Shown: positions 38,670 to 51,900 of the stretch, piece by piece
Position numbering within the stretch: position 1 is the stretch's first letter
Layout: every line of letters begins with the position of its first letter
Assembly (NCBI GenBank): GCA_964016885.1
Contig: OZ024750.1
Location: 35,340,001-35,404,000, forward strand
Length of the DNA: 64,000 nucleotides
DNA from: Eledone cirrhosa
Lineage: Eukaryota
Direction of reading: 5' to 3'
Translations under genes and position numbers: made by a program
The notes under the pieces: generated by a model
Database searches by the model: none
What the model was told of the DNA's origin: nothing
The model's input: the letters and a program-made list of their open reading frames with translations, nothing else

Positions 38670-38980
38670 TATGAGAGAGAAGCTGGGTTTAAGAGGAATC
38701 TGAGGTGGTGTGCAGGAGAGAAAACTGCATTGGTTAGGACATGTGATGCACATGGATGATGTTCGGTTGGTGAAGAGGTGCTAGGAAATCCCAGTGGATG
38801 GAAACTGCAGGAGAGGTAGACCAACAAAGACCCGGGCAGAGGTGATGAGAGCTGAGCTTAAATCGCCGAGACTCAGAGAAATGACAAAGGAACATGAGTG
38901 GAGAGATGCTGAGCTGAAAAGAACATGTCCAACCCATGCAAGCATGGAAAAACAAACATAAAAATGATGATCATCATCAT
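38670..38980 (+). mobile_element. RTE LINE 3' fragment
   Basis: Similar to 14700-15010 and carries the same tail. Confidence 0.75.
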
Positions 38981-39567
38981 TACATCCACAATAACTTATA
39001 TTTATAATACAGAATCTATATTATCATTACATCCACAATAACATATATTACGTATGTTACAGAAAGGATATTTTAATTCAGCTTTTGATATTGATGTGCA
39101 TTTGCTTCAATGGAATAATTCAGTTATATTTCAATTTCAATATCATACACTTTTGCTTGATAAGATGATTTATTCCAATAAAGTTGATTCGTACATTTTC
39201 AAGAGACACTAGTGCTGGAAACACAATCAATACCTGATTGAAATTTAGTTGTTTTTTTCGGTTTGTTTTTTAAAGTTTTTTTTTCCCCCAATTACAGTGA
39301 TGATTTACAAGATGGAAAAAGAACAAAACAACACACAAAAAAAACAACCACAAAGAATGTTAATTACTTGAAAAGAAACTAATACTGATCTATATAAGTT
39401 CAATCTATAATAGAAAGATGTTTTTGATAAAATAGTAATATTTTGAAAAATTACTGTTTCACAGAATTGAACATGAGTTCCACATATGGTATTCAAAGAT
39501 ATTCAAATAATTCTAATCAAATTATTGTCATTTTTTTTTTATCAATATCACCTTGTCTGTTTCATTC

Positions 39568-39620
<53 letters not shown>

Positions 39621-40432
39621 ATGATGTATGTGTGTGAGTGAATGTGAATGTGTCTTGTATTTGTATATCTATCTATTTGTGTGTATTTCTGTGAGAGTGT
39701 GTTACTTGCTGCAAAGGATATTTCTCTATATTCATTTATATAAGAAAAAAAAAAAGCCTTTTTCTTTTGATAGTTCCAATCCAAGAAATGTGCTGGAAGG
39801 GATCTGATTAAAAGTGCATTAGTCTTCACATTTTTAGTCTGCAATAAACTACTTCATACATTGAAGAGTCACACAAACAAAACATATGGATTAAGATATA
39901 TATTTGTTCCATCAGAGCTGATCTGGACCTAAACAAAACCCCTACTGTATAACCGGTGTCAAATAGTGATGTCTAATTTAGGCACAAGGTCAGCAAATAT
40001 TTGGTGGGAAGAGAAAAATTGATTAAATCAACCCTAGTATTTTACTGGTACTTATCAGGGCTGGATTTTAACCTGCTGAGGCTCTAGAGGACTTTCTCAA
40101 AAATAATTTGGCTAAAAAAAAATGTAAAATAATTAATTATACATGATTATTAGTTCTTTTTGCATTAATGTTAATGAATAACTAATATATATGTGTGAGT
40201 ATATATATATATATATATATATATATCATCATCATCATCATCATCATAGTTTAACGTCCATCTTCCATGCTTGCATGGGTTTGGACGGGAGTTTTCCAAA
40301 GGAGGTTCAGCAGATATATGGTTTACTGAGGCGAGTACCAAAATCAGAACTCTACGCTAAGGCAGAGTGTATATATTGATAACAAAGTGAGGTGTCACAT
40401 TAAGGTCTGTATTGATTATATTTAGTTATGAC

Positions 40433-40593
40433 CAGGGCCGTCTTAACAGCATTATAGGCCCCCGGGGGGCAAAGCAGAGCACTGGGGCCCCTACCTACAC
40501 AACCACTCACAGGAATAAAAATACAAATGGGCCCCTATCCTCGTGGGGCCCCCGGGCAACTGCCCAGCATGCCCATACATTAAGACGGCCCTG
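40433..40593. mobile_element. hAT-like MITE, 161 bp
   Basis: Perfect TIR CAGGGCCGTCTTAA/TTAAGACGGCCCTG and perfect 8-bp TSD GTTATGAC. Confidence 0.92.
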
Positions 40594-40692
40594 GTTATGA
40601 CCATTTCACAGATGGGTGGTTCAGGATCTATATTAATGCTATAGACTGGACTCCAGCCCAATCTGCCTCTCCCTATCCAAACTCTCCTTCCT

Positions 40693-40722
40693 CTGACAAA
40701 GGACTTCTGTCCAAAACATAGA
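40693..40722 (+). ncRNA. Decayed minimal hammerhead motif
   Basis: CTGACAA A GGAC TTCT GTCC AAAACAT differs from CTGACGA...CCGAAACGT by three CpG>CpA changes. Confidence 0.45.
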
Positions 40723-41941
40723 ACCGTCTTCCCAAATGTGATCCTAGTAAGACTTTGTATTTTTGCATCCCTGTGTTTATTTTGATTTATTTAGTCAATT
40801 ATATATGCTTGTACTATACATACACTTTTTGATGAGTTGTAGTGCACCTGAGCACTGTACACAATATTTCATTATTATTATTATTATTATTATTATAAAG
40901 GCAGTGGATTGGCAGTATCGGTAGAGGGTCGGATGCCATGCTTTGACGCATAGAGTTACGGCCCTTGCCATTCTGAGTTCAAATCCCGCTGAGGTTAACT
41001 TTGCCTTTCATGCTTACGTGGTTGATAAAATAAAGTACCAGTAATGCACTGGGTATTTGCTTGCCTTGTGCCAAAAGTAGATACAATTATTAATATTTGA
41101 GTTCAAATCCCGCCGAGGTTAACTTTGCCTTTCATCCTTACGGCGTCGATAAAATAAAGTACCAGTAATGTACTGGGTAATTACTGGCCTTGTGCCAAAA
41201 GTAGAAACAATTATTATTAATATTTGAAAAACTAAGATTTACATTTCTTGTATTCAGCCATGTTGAGCGATAAAATTATTTGTTAGTTATTTAGTTATCA
41301 CCATTATCATCATCGTTTAACATCCATCTTCTATGCTAGCATGAGTTTAGATGGGAATTGTCCCCCTTGAGGTTATATATATATATATAGTGTAGGTAGT
41401 AAGGTGAAATACTGGTGTTGGTAACCAAATAAAGCACTCTATGCAGGCAGAGTGAATATAATAGAAAAAGAACGAAGAAGTTTGGTTTCCATATAAAAAA
41501 TATTCATCGCATATCAACCTGTTATGAATTTTACTAATGCATCGAAACCGGTTATACTTTATATACATTATGTAACTCTTTTTTGAAAAGAATTGTCCCT
41601 CATCTTTTCAATAATTGTTTCTAATTTTTGGCACAAGGCCAGCAATTACCCAGTGCATTACTGGTACTTTATTTTATCGACCCCGTAAGGATGAAAGGCA
41701 AAGTTAACCTCGGCAGGATTTGAACTCAGATCAGAAAGGGGTGTAACTCTGTGCTACAAAGCATCTTGTCCGACCCTCTACCGATACTGCCAAACCACCG
41801 CCCTTTTCAATAATGTCACTTTGACGAATCAAAGAAAGGAAAAAAAAAGAAAAACAGACCCTAAAATATATTTTCTGTGCTATTTCCAACTTCACCTTTT
41901 CTCTATACCCACTGTTTTGTATAGAACCTTACTTCCCTTTT

Positions 41942-41973
<32 letters not shown>

Positions 41974-42570
41974 AATGTTGATGATTTAGAATTAAAGAAT
42001 AAAAACTAATGATAAAATAAAAATATATTTTTTAAAATGAGGCCCCCGGGGTGAGGTGGCCCCAAGCTTATCTAGCCTATATGTAAATCCAGTACTGGTA
42101 CTTATTTTATTAAAACTGGAAGGATGAAAGTTGACCTCAATAGGATTTAAACTCAGAATTTAAAGAATCAGAACAATTACCATAATGGCATTTTATTCGA
42201 CACTCTACCAATTCTGCCATTCCACCTTCTGCTATGGAATCTGTATTATAATAAGAGCACTGTCTGTCTGTCATCCCTCAATCCATCATGTTCACTTTAT
42301 ATAGAGAGGGGTAGCATTAAGTGAGACATATGTACATAGAGAGAGAAAAGGGAATGCCGTGTGTTTTTGAGGTGACAGAAAGATGTAAATAGATAGAAAG
42401 TTATGACGTCGCCCTCATCTATATATATAGAGAGAGAGGGAATGCCAAGCAAGATGTACATAAATAGAGAGAGAAAAGAAATGCCATTTGTTTATAGAGA
42501 AAGTGTGTGTGAGACAGAAATAGGGAGAAGACATCACTCTAGTATTAACTGAAAGACCAATGATCTAGAC

Positions 42571-42885
42571 CAGCTGTTTCCTTTTGTGTACCATGCCCCA
42601 CCTCAACATCTAAAACATTGTTATGTCCCCCTTTGACATGAAAACAACAATGATCAACTGCAAAGTCTAAACAAATTGGTGTATAAGTGGTGCCAAATGC
42701 ACAATAACATATGGTGGAGGTGAGACAAGAGTTTCTGACAGTTATGTGCTCAAAAGTTGCCTTGGTGTAAAAGTAATAAAGTGAAACTTAAAGTTTGTTC
42801 TCATTAACATCATTTTCAAATGACCCCTCCTAAATATTCAAATTGCCTCCCTTTGGGGTGTACGCCCCCACGTTGGGAATCACTG
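42571..42885. mobile_element. hAT/Charlie-like MITE
   Basis: CAGCTGTTTCC...GGGAATCACTG ends; TSD ATCTAGAC/ATCTACAC (Charlie-type nTCTAGAn). Confidence 0.72.
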
Positions 42886-43635
42886 ATCTACACTGATCAT
42901 AGAACCACTAACATTAAAATGCTCTTCTTTCATGACACAAAAACTTATTCAATTTTTCCTAAGTTTATTGAATAGAAAAGTTACTTTCCTCTCATAATCT
43001 GCAAGTATGTTTTTGTCTTTGTCTTAGTATGTTTCCTTCTCCTAATCTATTATCTGCGAGGCTATTGTACGACTTCATATAGCTTTTAACTAGTACTCTT
43101 AACTTCTTCTCCAACTGAAACTTACAAATTTTTGACTTTCCCAAAACTATTGTTTTCAATTTATATGGTTTTATTCAAACACACACACATGTTCCTTATT
43201 TCATGTAAATTCCTTCAAGCTGTTTTTTCTTTCTCTTTCCTTTTCTACTTAATTTGATTTCTTCCTATTTTATTATAAAATCTTTCGAAGTTGAAGCTTA
43301 CCTAGATTTCACTTTTGAAAGTATATTAGCTTATCGTAAGATGCTGCAACGTAGCTTTATTTATTAAATAGTCAAACAAAATGAGTATATAAACCTAGAG
43401 ATAGGAAATAAAGAATAGTGTTGCCTATGGGAATGTCACATCTAGTAACACTGTTATCTGACAGATGTGGGTTTGATTCTCACAGTCAGCACTGCCTACT
43501 TTTTTTTCCATCTGTATTCTGTATACTTATATATTCAATTTGTTTAGTTAATAAACAAACCTGTGTTGGTGCAGCTTGCAATAAGCTAACATACATTTCA
43601 AAATACAAATTCACTCAACACTTCATAGAACAATT

Positions 43636-43762
43636 GTAACAGTGAAAACTTCCAGCATTTTTGGCCTCAAGACCTAATCCCTACACACTACTATTGGGGT
43701 GGAGTTGGCCACCCGCAGGAGCAAGCACTGCGAGTTTGAATAGCTATTCCAATATGTCTCCC
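43636..43762 (+). mobile_element. Decayed CRE-clade fragment
   Basis: VTVKTSSIFG...TTIGVELATRR...E*LFQYVS aligns with the 9645 copy. Confidence 0.55.
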
Positions 43763-45051
43763 AGCTTCCATATGGCCTTCCCCACACACCAGAGAACACT
43801 CCCCAACCCCACATTGTCCAGGTCCACATCACTACGGTAACAATATTGAGTTGTATTGTTAATGCTCGATTTCAATTAATTAATGAAGAATTTTGAGGGA
43901 TTTACTCAAATTATTGATTATTTCAGTTCAGCCTATCAGTAGGTCATTTTTGTGCCATGATAAAAAGCACCCAGTCCATACTGTAAATAAGGTTGGCATC
44001 AGAAAGGACATCAAGCTGTAGAAACCAAACCAGAAACAGTTCTGTTTGAGCAAGACATGATCACCTGACCTGATTTGTTTCACAACAGGACAACTCGTCT
44101 AACCCATGGTAGCTTGGAAAATGGATGTGAAATGATGATGATGAACATATTGATTCATTTCTTCCAGGAGTTGTGACTAGTAGATAGTGCCAGCAATAGA
44201 AAGACCAATGAAAACATTGTTTCCTTGGTTCGATTTGACGAGTCCCACTCCACTTTGATGAGTCCCACTCCACTCAGTAAGCAAATGAAGTCTGGGATCT
44301 TGTCAATCAATAAATAAATAAAATCAAAGATTCATTTTAAGCTAACGACTATGTCTTCATTAAATTTATTTCCCTGATTGAGAACCATACATGTAAGCTC
44401 TAGTAACCTGTATGTATCGGTAACTTACCTTTAATTACTAGAAGTTTCCAGTTTACTTATGGCATCATTGATATCAGGGTAGAGGGAGATGATACAATTC
44501 TTGACTTAGTCTTGAATTCAAAATATCTTTTTATAAAATTAAGTAAATATTTTTATTCATTTAGATTTGGATGTTCTGGAATGACAGCAATTTCTGTGGG
44601 TCCAGATCTTTTCTTCATATCCTAAAATCCCTTCAAATTGATATTTTTACTTTCTTTTCCGAGAGATAAAAAAAAAAATGGGAAGAAATTATGATGATGA
44701 TGCCTCTGGTCAGCCCTGATCAAGCATACCTGTGATCAAAGGTATGTCAGTTTTAATCATCCCATCTATTTCTTTTTTGTTAAAACATATCCTAGGTATA
44801 ACATATTCTATATGACCTTTTATTTTTATGATGGTAGTGTGTGATATGAGGAAAATTTAGTTGCTATTTCTAGCATGTGTGACAACTATATAGAAGCGTT
44901 CTCATTAGCTTAACCATGATAATGCAACAGGAAAGGTAGCAATTATTATTTCTCAATGGTTTGAGAGAAATATTGGAGAGAAATGGAGAATATCAACATC
45001 TCTAATTGTTCCTATCATTACTATTATATTTTTTCAAATCTCTCTCTCTCT

Positions 45052-45091
<40 letters not shown>

Positions 45092-45144
45092 CCAAAGATT
45101 AATATGGTTCATTGATTAATCAACGAATACAATTTTACAATAGA

Positions 45145-45260
45145 AATCACATACTTTTAGTAATATATAGATAGATAACTGATTTTAATAAGTCCCAAGA
45201 AGGGGACGAAACATTCGTAAATCAATATTTAATGTAAAAACGTATTTGGTAATTACATTA

Positions 45261-45294
<34 letters not shown>

Positions 45295-45410
45295 TAATGT
45301 AATTACCAAATACATTTTTACATTAAATATTGATTTACGAATGTTTCGTTCCCTTCTTGGGACTTATTAAAATCAGTTATCTATCTATATATTACTAAAA
45401 GTATGTGATT
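45145..45410. repeat. Inverted repeat with (TA)n centre
   Basis: 45145-45264 is the reverse complement of 45290-45410. The spacer is pure (TA)n, so the whole region is quasi-palindromic. Confidence 0.92.
45180..45224 (+). ncRNA. Hammerhead scaffold with altered core
   Basis: TGATT TTAATAA GTCCC AAGAAG GGGAC GAAAC ATTC GTA AATCA. Antisense copy at ~45331-45375. Confidence 0.5.
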
Positions 45411-46335
45411 GCTTCCTTGGCTTCTCTGTAATGTAATACAGCCAAAAGAGCGCAAAATGGGAAAATACTTTGAAAGGAAGTTGCCCCTGAAATGTGAATA
45501 CAAATGGAATAAAACAAGTTTCGCATAAATCGAAGCATGGGTTCCCGAGATATGGGGTTTTCTGGGTACCTTCATAAACAGAGAGAGAAGGATAGAGAGA
45601 AAGGGATAGTGGTTGTGAGCGAGTAGATTGAAAGAGAGACATAGAGAGAGAGAGAGAGAGAGAGGAGACAGAGGAGAATGGAAGAGAGAGAGAGAGCTGG
45701 TGGTGTATATATATATATATATATATGTGAGTGTGTGTGTATATATATATATATGTGTGTGTGTGTGTCTATGACCACTGTGTATATATAGATCACAGAC
45801 ACCTACATATATATATACACACTCACATTGGTATGTATACAAACACGCACATTTATATATATATACATACTTATACGTATATATATATATGGGCCTTCCA
45901 GTTTCATTTCACATTACATACATGTCTGTGTATATTTTAATTATTCAAAAATTCATTTTAAGTGAACATGATTTTTAAAAAATATATTTTGAAGTGAACA
46001 TGACCCAACAGGTCACGGGTGGTTTAGTTTATAAGTAAAAGTCTCATTATAAGTCTCAACAAACCGCTCAGTATCCAGCAGTCAGAAAATTTGTTTACAT
46101 TTAAAAAGACGCCATAATTTGCTTCATGCGTAATTATTATTTTTAACACAATAGGATTTTGTACACATGCTTGTTTGAAACAATCTTTCAAAGAAGTAGG
46201 AAACATAGCCTTTTGTACTGATTATTATAATAAATTACTGTATTTTGAGCTGGTTTAACTTCACCAATTCTCCTTCCAATTTTATATATTTTTTTTGTAA
46301 AAAACGATATTTTTTTCCTATATATATATATATAT

Positions 46336-46883
46336 AGAATCTTTCCCCTCTACAAATTTAAAGATAATGCCACCCACACCCAGCGCATCAGCAAGGAATC
46401 TCACTTCATTAACAAATACAGACCCCATCTAAACACTTCTCCCTAAGACGAACCCACAACATACACACGTCCACATACATACCTACATCAACATACATCC
46501 TACATACATTTCTATCCACAAGTATCCCATACGGCAGGGCCTAATGGATTCCCTTGCAGTACGTACAATCTGGACACACTCACACACACCTTGGTGTTAT
46601 GACAATACTATACATCATTTCACCTTTTTTATTATTGAACATTCACGTGACTTCTACCGACCAATCAAAATTATAGTGCTTATTCACGTGACATTCAACA
46701 ACCAACCAAATCATAAACACTCTATCTCAAAAGTATTTTTGAAAAACATTTGAAATGCGCAACCGGTAAAAAACTTAAAACTAACACTGAATACTAACCA
46801 TTACTTATTACTAATTTATACTTATTCCTAATTAAACTATTTTTCACTGGAAAAAATCTGTCAGCATTTTCTTTTCCTTTTTA

Positions 46884-46890
<7 letters not shown>
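46336..46890 (+). mobile_element. 3' remnant of a PLE: end of GIY-YIG endonuclease plus UTR
   Basis: 46336-46446 translates RIFPLYKFKDNATHTQRISKESHFINKYRPHLNTSP*, matching the R..KE..FI.K..P.LN end of PLE endonucleases. Flanked by (TA)n on both sides. Confidence 0.65.
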
Positions 46891-46966
<76 letters not shown>

Positions 46967-46998
46967 TAAATGGAAAATATCTTTATAAAACCATATTC

Positions 46999-47057
46999 AT
47001 TTTATTATACGTATTTCAAGGGTACTAATATTTAAATACGCTTTCGTCAGATAAAAT
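46999..47057 (-). ncRNA. Type I hammerhead ribozyme, same family as 21017-21075
   Basis: Minus strand reads ATTTTAT CTGACGA AAG CGTATTTAAATATTAGTAC CCTT GAAA TACGTA TA ATAAAAT. The downstream tail is homologous to 21076-21115. Confidence 0.8.
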
Positions 47058-47163
47058 ATAAGATATTATTGATATTAATGATACTCCGGATAAATCTGTT
47101 GAGTGCTTCTAACCTGTTGTAAAATTAACTTTGTTGAATAATCAACAAACCAAATAACTCATT

Positions 47164-47211
<48 letters not shown>

Positions 47212-48484
47212 TTGAAGATGAAACTGGGTTGGAGGAATAGGGAAATTGCATCGGCAGCTCTAGACAGGGGGAGCTGGGAGAGGAACTTTGTCATGGCACC
47301 GGTAAGGATGTGAGATTATCAAGAGAGATTCTAGCATTTGTAGTGACCTTAAAGGTTCTAATTGCATGTTCGTCTTATTTGAGGGAAATATGGGAATATT
47401 TCCTCTAAGTGAAGTGATTGTGCCTACACTACTTTAGACTCCTCTGTGTGAAGTGATTCCCTTTAGGCTCCCTATTTCTTCTCATTATCCTAGAAGATCT
47501 TCCTAATACTGGGGTTCTTGTTCTGACATTTAAAATTAGCTGTCTTCTTTATTTGTGCTTGCTTCATATTTTTGTGGCTATAATTTTTCTCTTGTATGGC
47601 TAGATTTCACAAATTTATCACAACTTTCTCTCAATATATGACTTGATTTCACAAATTTATCACAGCCTTCTCTCTACTTAACCCTTTAGTATTTAAACCA
47701 GCCATATCTGGCCAGAATTCCCTTGCCTCTTCTATTCAAACTGGTCAAAATCAGCTCCTCCTACTTGTGTTAAGGTATTGTTCTCCAAATGAATAATATC
47801 AAAATCACAGATTCAATATTATGCAAGATAATTATGTAAAATAAAGTGTTTACTGTGAAAATACAATAGTAAATATAGAGTAATGTAAATGGTAAAGGAT
47901 TAAGCTACAACATTATACAATAAATGCTACTAGGTATTGAAGCTATAACTGAGAAATTCTAGGATAAAAGTTTCTATGATTAATATTGCGGGGAATTGGC
48001 AGTATCGGTAGAGGGTTGGACGCCATGCTTTGATGCATAGAGTTACGTCCCTTGCCATTCTGAGTTCAAATCCCGCCGAGGGGTAACTTTGCCTTTCATC
48101 CTTACAGGGTCGATAAAATAAAGTACCAGTAATACACTGATTTAATTGCTGGCCTTGTGCCAAAAGTAGAAACAAATATTATTTGCAGTAAAAGGCATAT
48201 TTAATATAGGTCAAGATAAATGTTGGTAAAAAAGTGAAGAGTTTTATATTTAATTGGATTTCTTTTGTATTAAAATTTTTTTTTTTAAATGTGACTGAAG
48301 AAAATATTCTATGAGTAACAACTAGCAAATATGAAAGCTTGTTTATGAAGTAGCATAATGATATGACAGCCTATTGAAGCTGAAAATATTGACATAATTA
48401 GGGATAATATTTTTCATATCTGAAGATTTAGAAAAATATCTATATATATTTATATATACATACATGTGTGTATATATATATATT

Positions 48485-48555
<71 letters not shown>

Positions 48556-48566
48556 ATATATTTATA

Positions 48567-48641
<75 letters not shown>

Positions 48642-48916
48642 AAATAAGCTTTGATGTTTGTTCATTATTTCATAAGTTTACTTCACACATTGTGAAACGC
48701 AGTAGTAAAATATCGACAGATATTGCTGATTAGTTCACAGATAAGCTCAACAACATTGTTACCATGGTAACTGATGCTTAAAATTATTAATGAAAGAAAT
48801 AACTGCTGAGATTTTCAATGTAAAATGCTATTTAACATTCTAAGCAGAATTTCGAGACAGAAAAAAAGATCAACAAATTATCTGTCAGCACTTGATGTAT
48901 GTAATATCAACTACTG

Positions 48917-51900
48917 TCTATAGTAAAGGATCAACTGTCTTACCCACATGTATTACTGGTGGCTGACAACTAATTATAGTATAGGAGCACCTGCCTGTCC
49001 CACATGTATTACTGGGTGGCTGACAACTGATTATAGTAAAGGAGCACCTGTCTTTCCCACATGTATTACTGGTTGGCTGACAACTGATTATAGTAAAGGA
49101 GCACCTGCCTGTCCCACATGTAGTACTGGTTGGCTGACAACTGATTATAGTAAAGGATCAACTGTCTTTCCCACATGTATTACTGGTTGGCTGACTACTG
49201 ATTATAGTAAAGGATCAACTGTCTTTCCCACATGTATTACTGGTTGGCTGACAACTGATTATAGTATAGGAGCACTTGCCTGACCCACGTGTATTACTGG
49301 TTGGTTGACAACTGATTATAGTATAGGAGCACCTGCCTGTACCACATGTATTACTGGTTGGCTGACAACTGATTATAGTATAGGAGCACCTGCCTGACCC
49401 ACGTGTATTACTGGTTGGCTGACAACTGATTATAGTATAGGAGCACCTGTCTTTCTCACATGTATTACTGGTTGGCTGACAACTGATTATAGTATAGGAG
49501 CACCTGCCTGTCCCACATGTATTACTGGTTGGCTGACAACTGATTATAGTAAAGGATCAACTGTCTTTCCCACATGTATTACTGGTTGGCTGACAACTGA
49601 TTATAGTATAGGAGCACCTGCCTGTCCCACGTGTATTACTGGTTGGTTGACAACTGATTATAGTATAGGAGCACCTGCCTGTCCCACGTGTATTACTGGT
49701 TGGCTGACAACTGATTATAGTATAGGAGCACCTGTCTTTCCCACATGTATTACTGGTTGGCTGACAACTGATTATAGTATAGGAGCACCTGCCTGTCCCA
49801 CATGTATTACTGGTTGGCTGACAACTGATATTATAGTATAGGAGCACCTGCCAGTCCCACATGTATTACTGGTTGGCTGAGAACTGATTATAGTATAGGA
49901 GCACCTGCCTGTCCCACATGTATTACTGGTTGGCTGACAACTGATTATAGTATAGGAGCACCTGCCTGTCCCACATGTATTACTGGTTGGCTGACAACTG
50001 ATTATAGTATAGGAGCACCTGCCTATCCCACATGTATTACTGGTTGGTTGACAACTGATTATAGTAAAGGATCAACTGTCTTTCCCACATGTATTACTGG
50101 TTGGCTGACAACTGATTATAGTATAGGAGCACCTGCCTATCCCACATGTATTACTGGTTGGCTGACAACTGATTATAGTATAGGAGCACCTGCCTGTCCC
50201 ACATGTATTACTGGTTGGCTGACAACTGATAATAGTATAGGAGTACCTGCCTGTCCCACATGTATTACTGGTTGGTTGACAACTGATTATAGTAAAGGAT
50301 CAACTGTCTTTCCCACATGTATTACTGGTTGGCTGACAAGTGATTATAGTATAGGAGCACCTGCCTATCCCACATGTATTACTGGTTGGCTGACAACTGA
50401 TTATAGTATAGGAGCACCTGCCTGTCCCACATGTATTACTGGTTGGCTGACAACTGATAATAGTATAGGAGTACCTGCCTGTCCCACATGTATTACTGGT
50501 TGGTTGACAACTGATTATAGTATAGGAGCACCTGCCTGTCCCACATGTATTACTGGTTGGCTGACAACTGATTATAGTATAGGAGCACCTGTCTTTCCCA
50601 CATGTATTACTGGTTGGCTGACAACTGATTATAGTATAGGAGCACCTGCCTGTCCCACATGTATTACTGGTTGGCTGACAACTGATAATAGTATAGGAGT
50701 ACCTGCCTGTCCCACATGTATTACTGGTTGGTTGACAACTGATTATAGTAAAGGATCAACTGTCTTTCCCACATGTATTACTGGTTGGCTGACGACTGAT
50801 TATAGTATAGGAGCACCTGCCTATCCCACATGTATTACTGGTTGGCTGACAACTGATTATAGTATAGGAGCACCTGCCTGTCCCACATGTATTACTGGTT
50901 GGCTGACAACTGATAATAGTATAGGAGTACCTGCCTGTCCCACATGTATTACTGGTTGGTTGACAACTGATTATAGTATAGGAGCACCTGCCTGTCCCAC
51001 ATGTATTACTGGTTGGCTGACAACTGATTATAGTATAGGAGCACCTGTCTTTCCCACATGTATTACTGGTTGGCTGACAACTGATTATAGTATAGGAACA
51101 CCTGCCTGTCCCACATGTATTACTGGTTGGTTGACAACTGATTATAGTATAGGAGTACCTGCCTGTCCCACATGTATTACTGGTTGGTTGACAACTGATT
51201 ATAGTAAAGGATCAACTGTATTTCCCACATGTATTACTGGGTGGCTGACAACTGATTATAGTATAGGAGCACCTGCCTGACCCACATGTATTACTGGTTG
51301 GCTGACAACTGATAATAGTATAGGAGTACCTGCCTGTCCCACATGTATTACTGGTTGGTTGACAACTGATTATAGTATAGGAGCTCCTGCCTGTCCCACA
51401 TGTATTACTGGTTGGTTGACAACAGATTATAGTAAAGGATCAACTGTCTTTCCCACATGTATTACTGGTTGGCTGACAACTGATTATAGTAAAGGAGCAC
51501 CTGCCTGTCCCACATGTAGTACTGGTTGGCTGACAACTGATTATAGTAAAGGATCAACTGTCTTTCCCACATGTATTACTGGTTGGCTGACTACTGATTA
51601 TAGTAAAGGATCAACTGTCTTTCCCACATGTTTTACTGGTTGGCTGACAACTGATTATAGTATAGGAGCACTTGCCTGACCCACGTGTATTACTGGTTGG
51701 TTGACAACTGATTATAGTATAGGAGCACCTGCCTGTACCACATGTATTACTGGTTGGCTGACAACTGATTATAGTATAGGAGCACCTGCCTGACCCACGT
51801 GTATTACTGGTTGGCTGACAACTGATTATAGTATAGGAGCACCTGTCTTTCTCACATGTATTACTGGTTGGCTGACAACTGATTATAGTATAGGAGCACC

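Larger units (their letters stand above)
40056..42097. mobile_element. hAT-like non-autonomous element inserted in a SINE and filled with nested insertions
   Basis: TIR CAGGGCTGGATTT/AAATCCAGTACTG and perfect 8-bp TSD GTACTTAT. The SINE halves at ~39975-40055 and 42098-42228 rejoin. Confidence 0.82.

Noticed and set aside
41515-41560. Hammerhead candidate with GAAACCGGTT
   Set aside because: No convincing CUGANGA box or stem I/II pairing.
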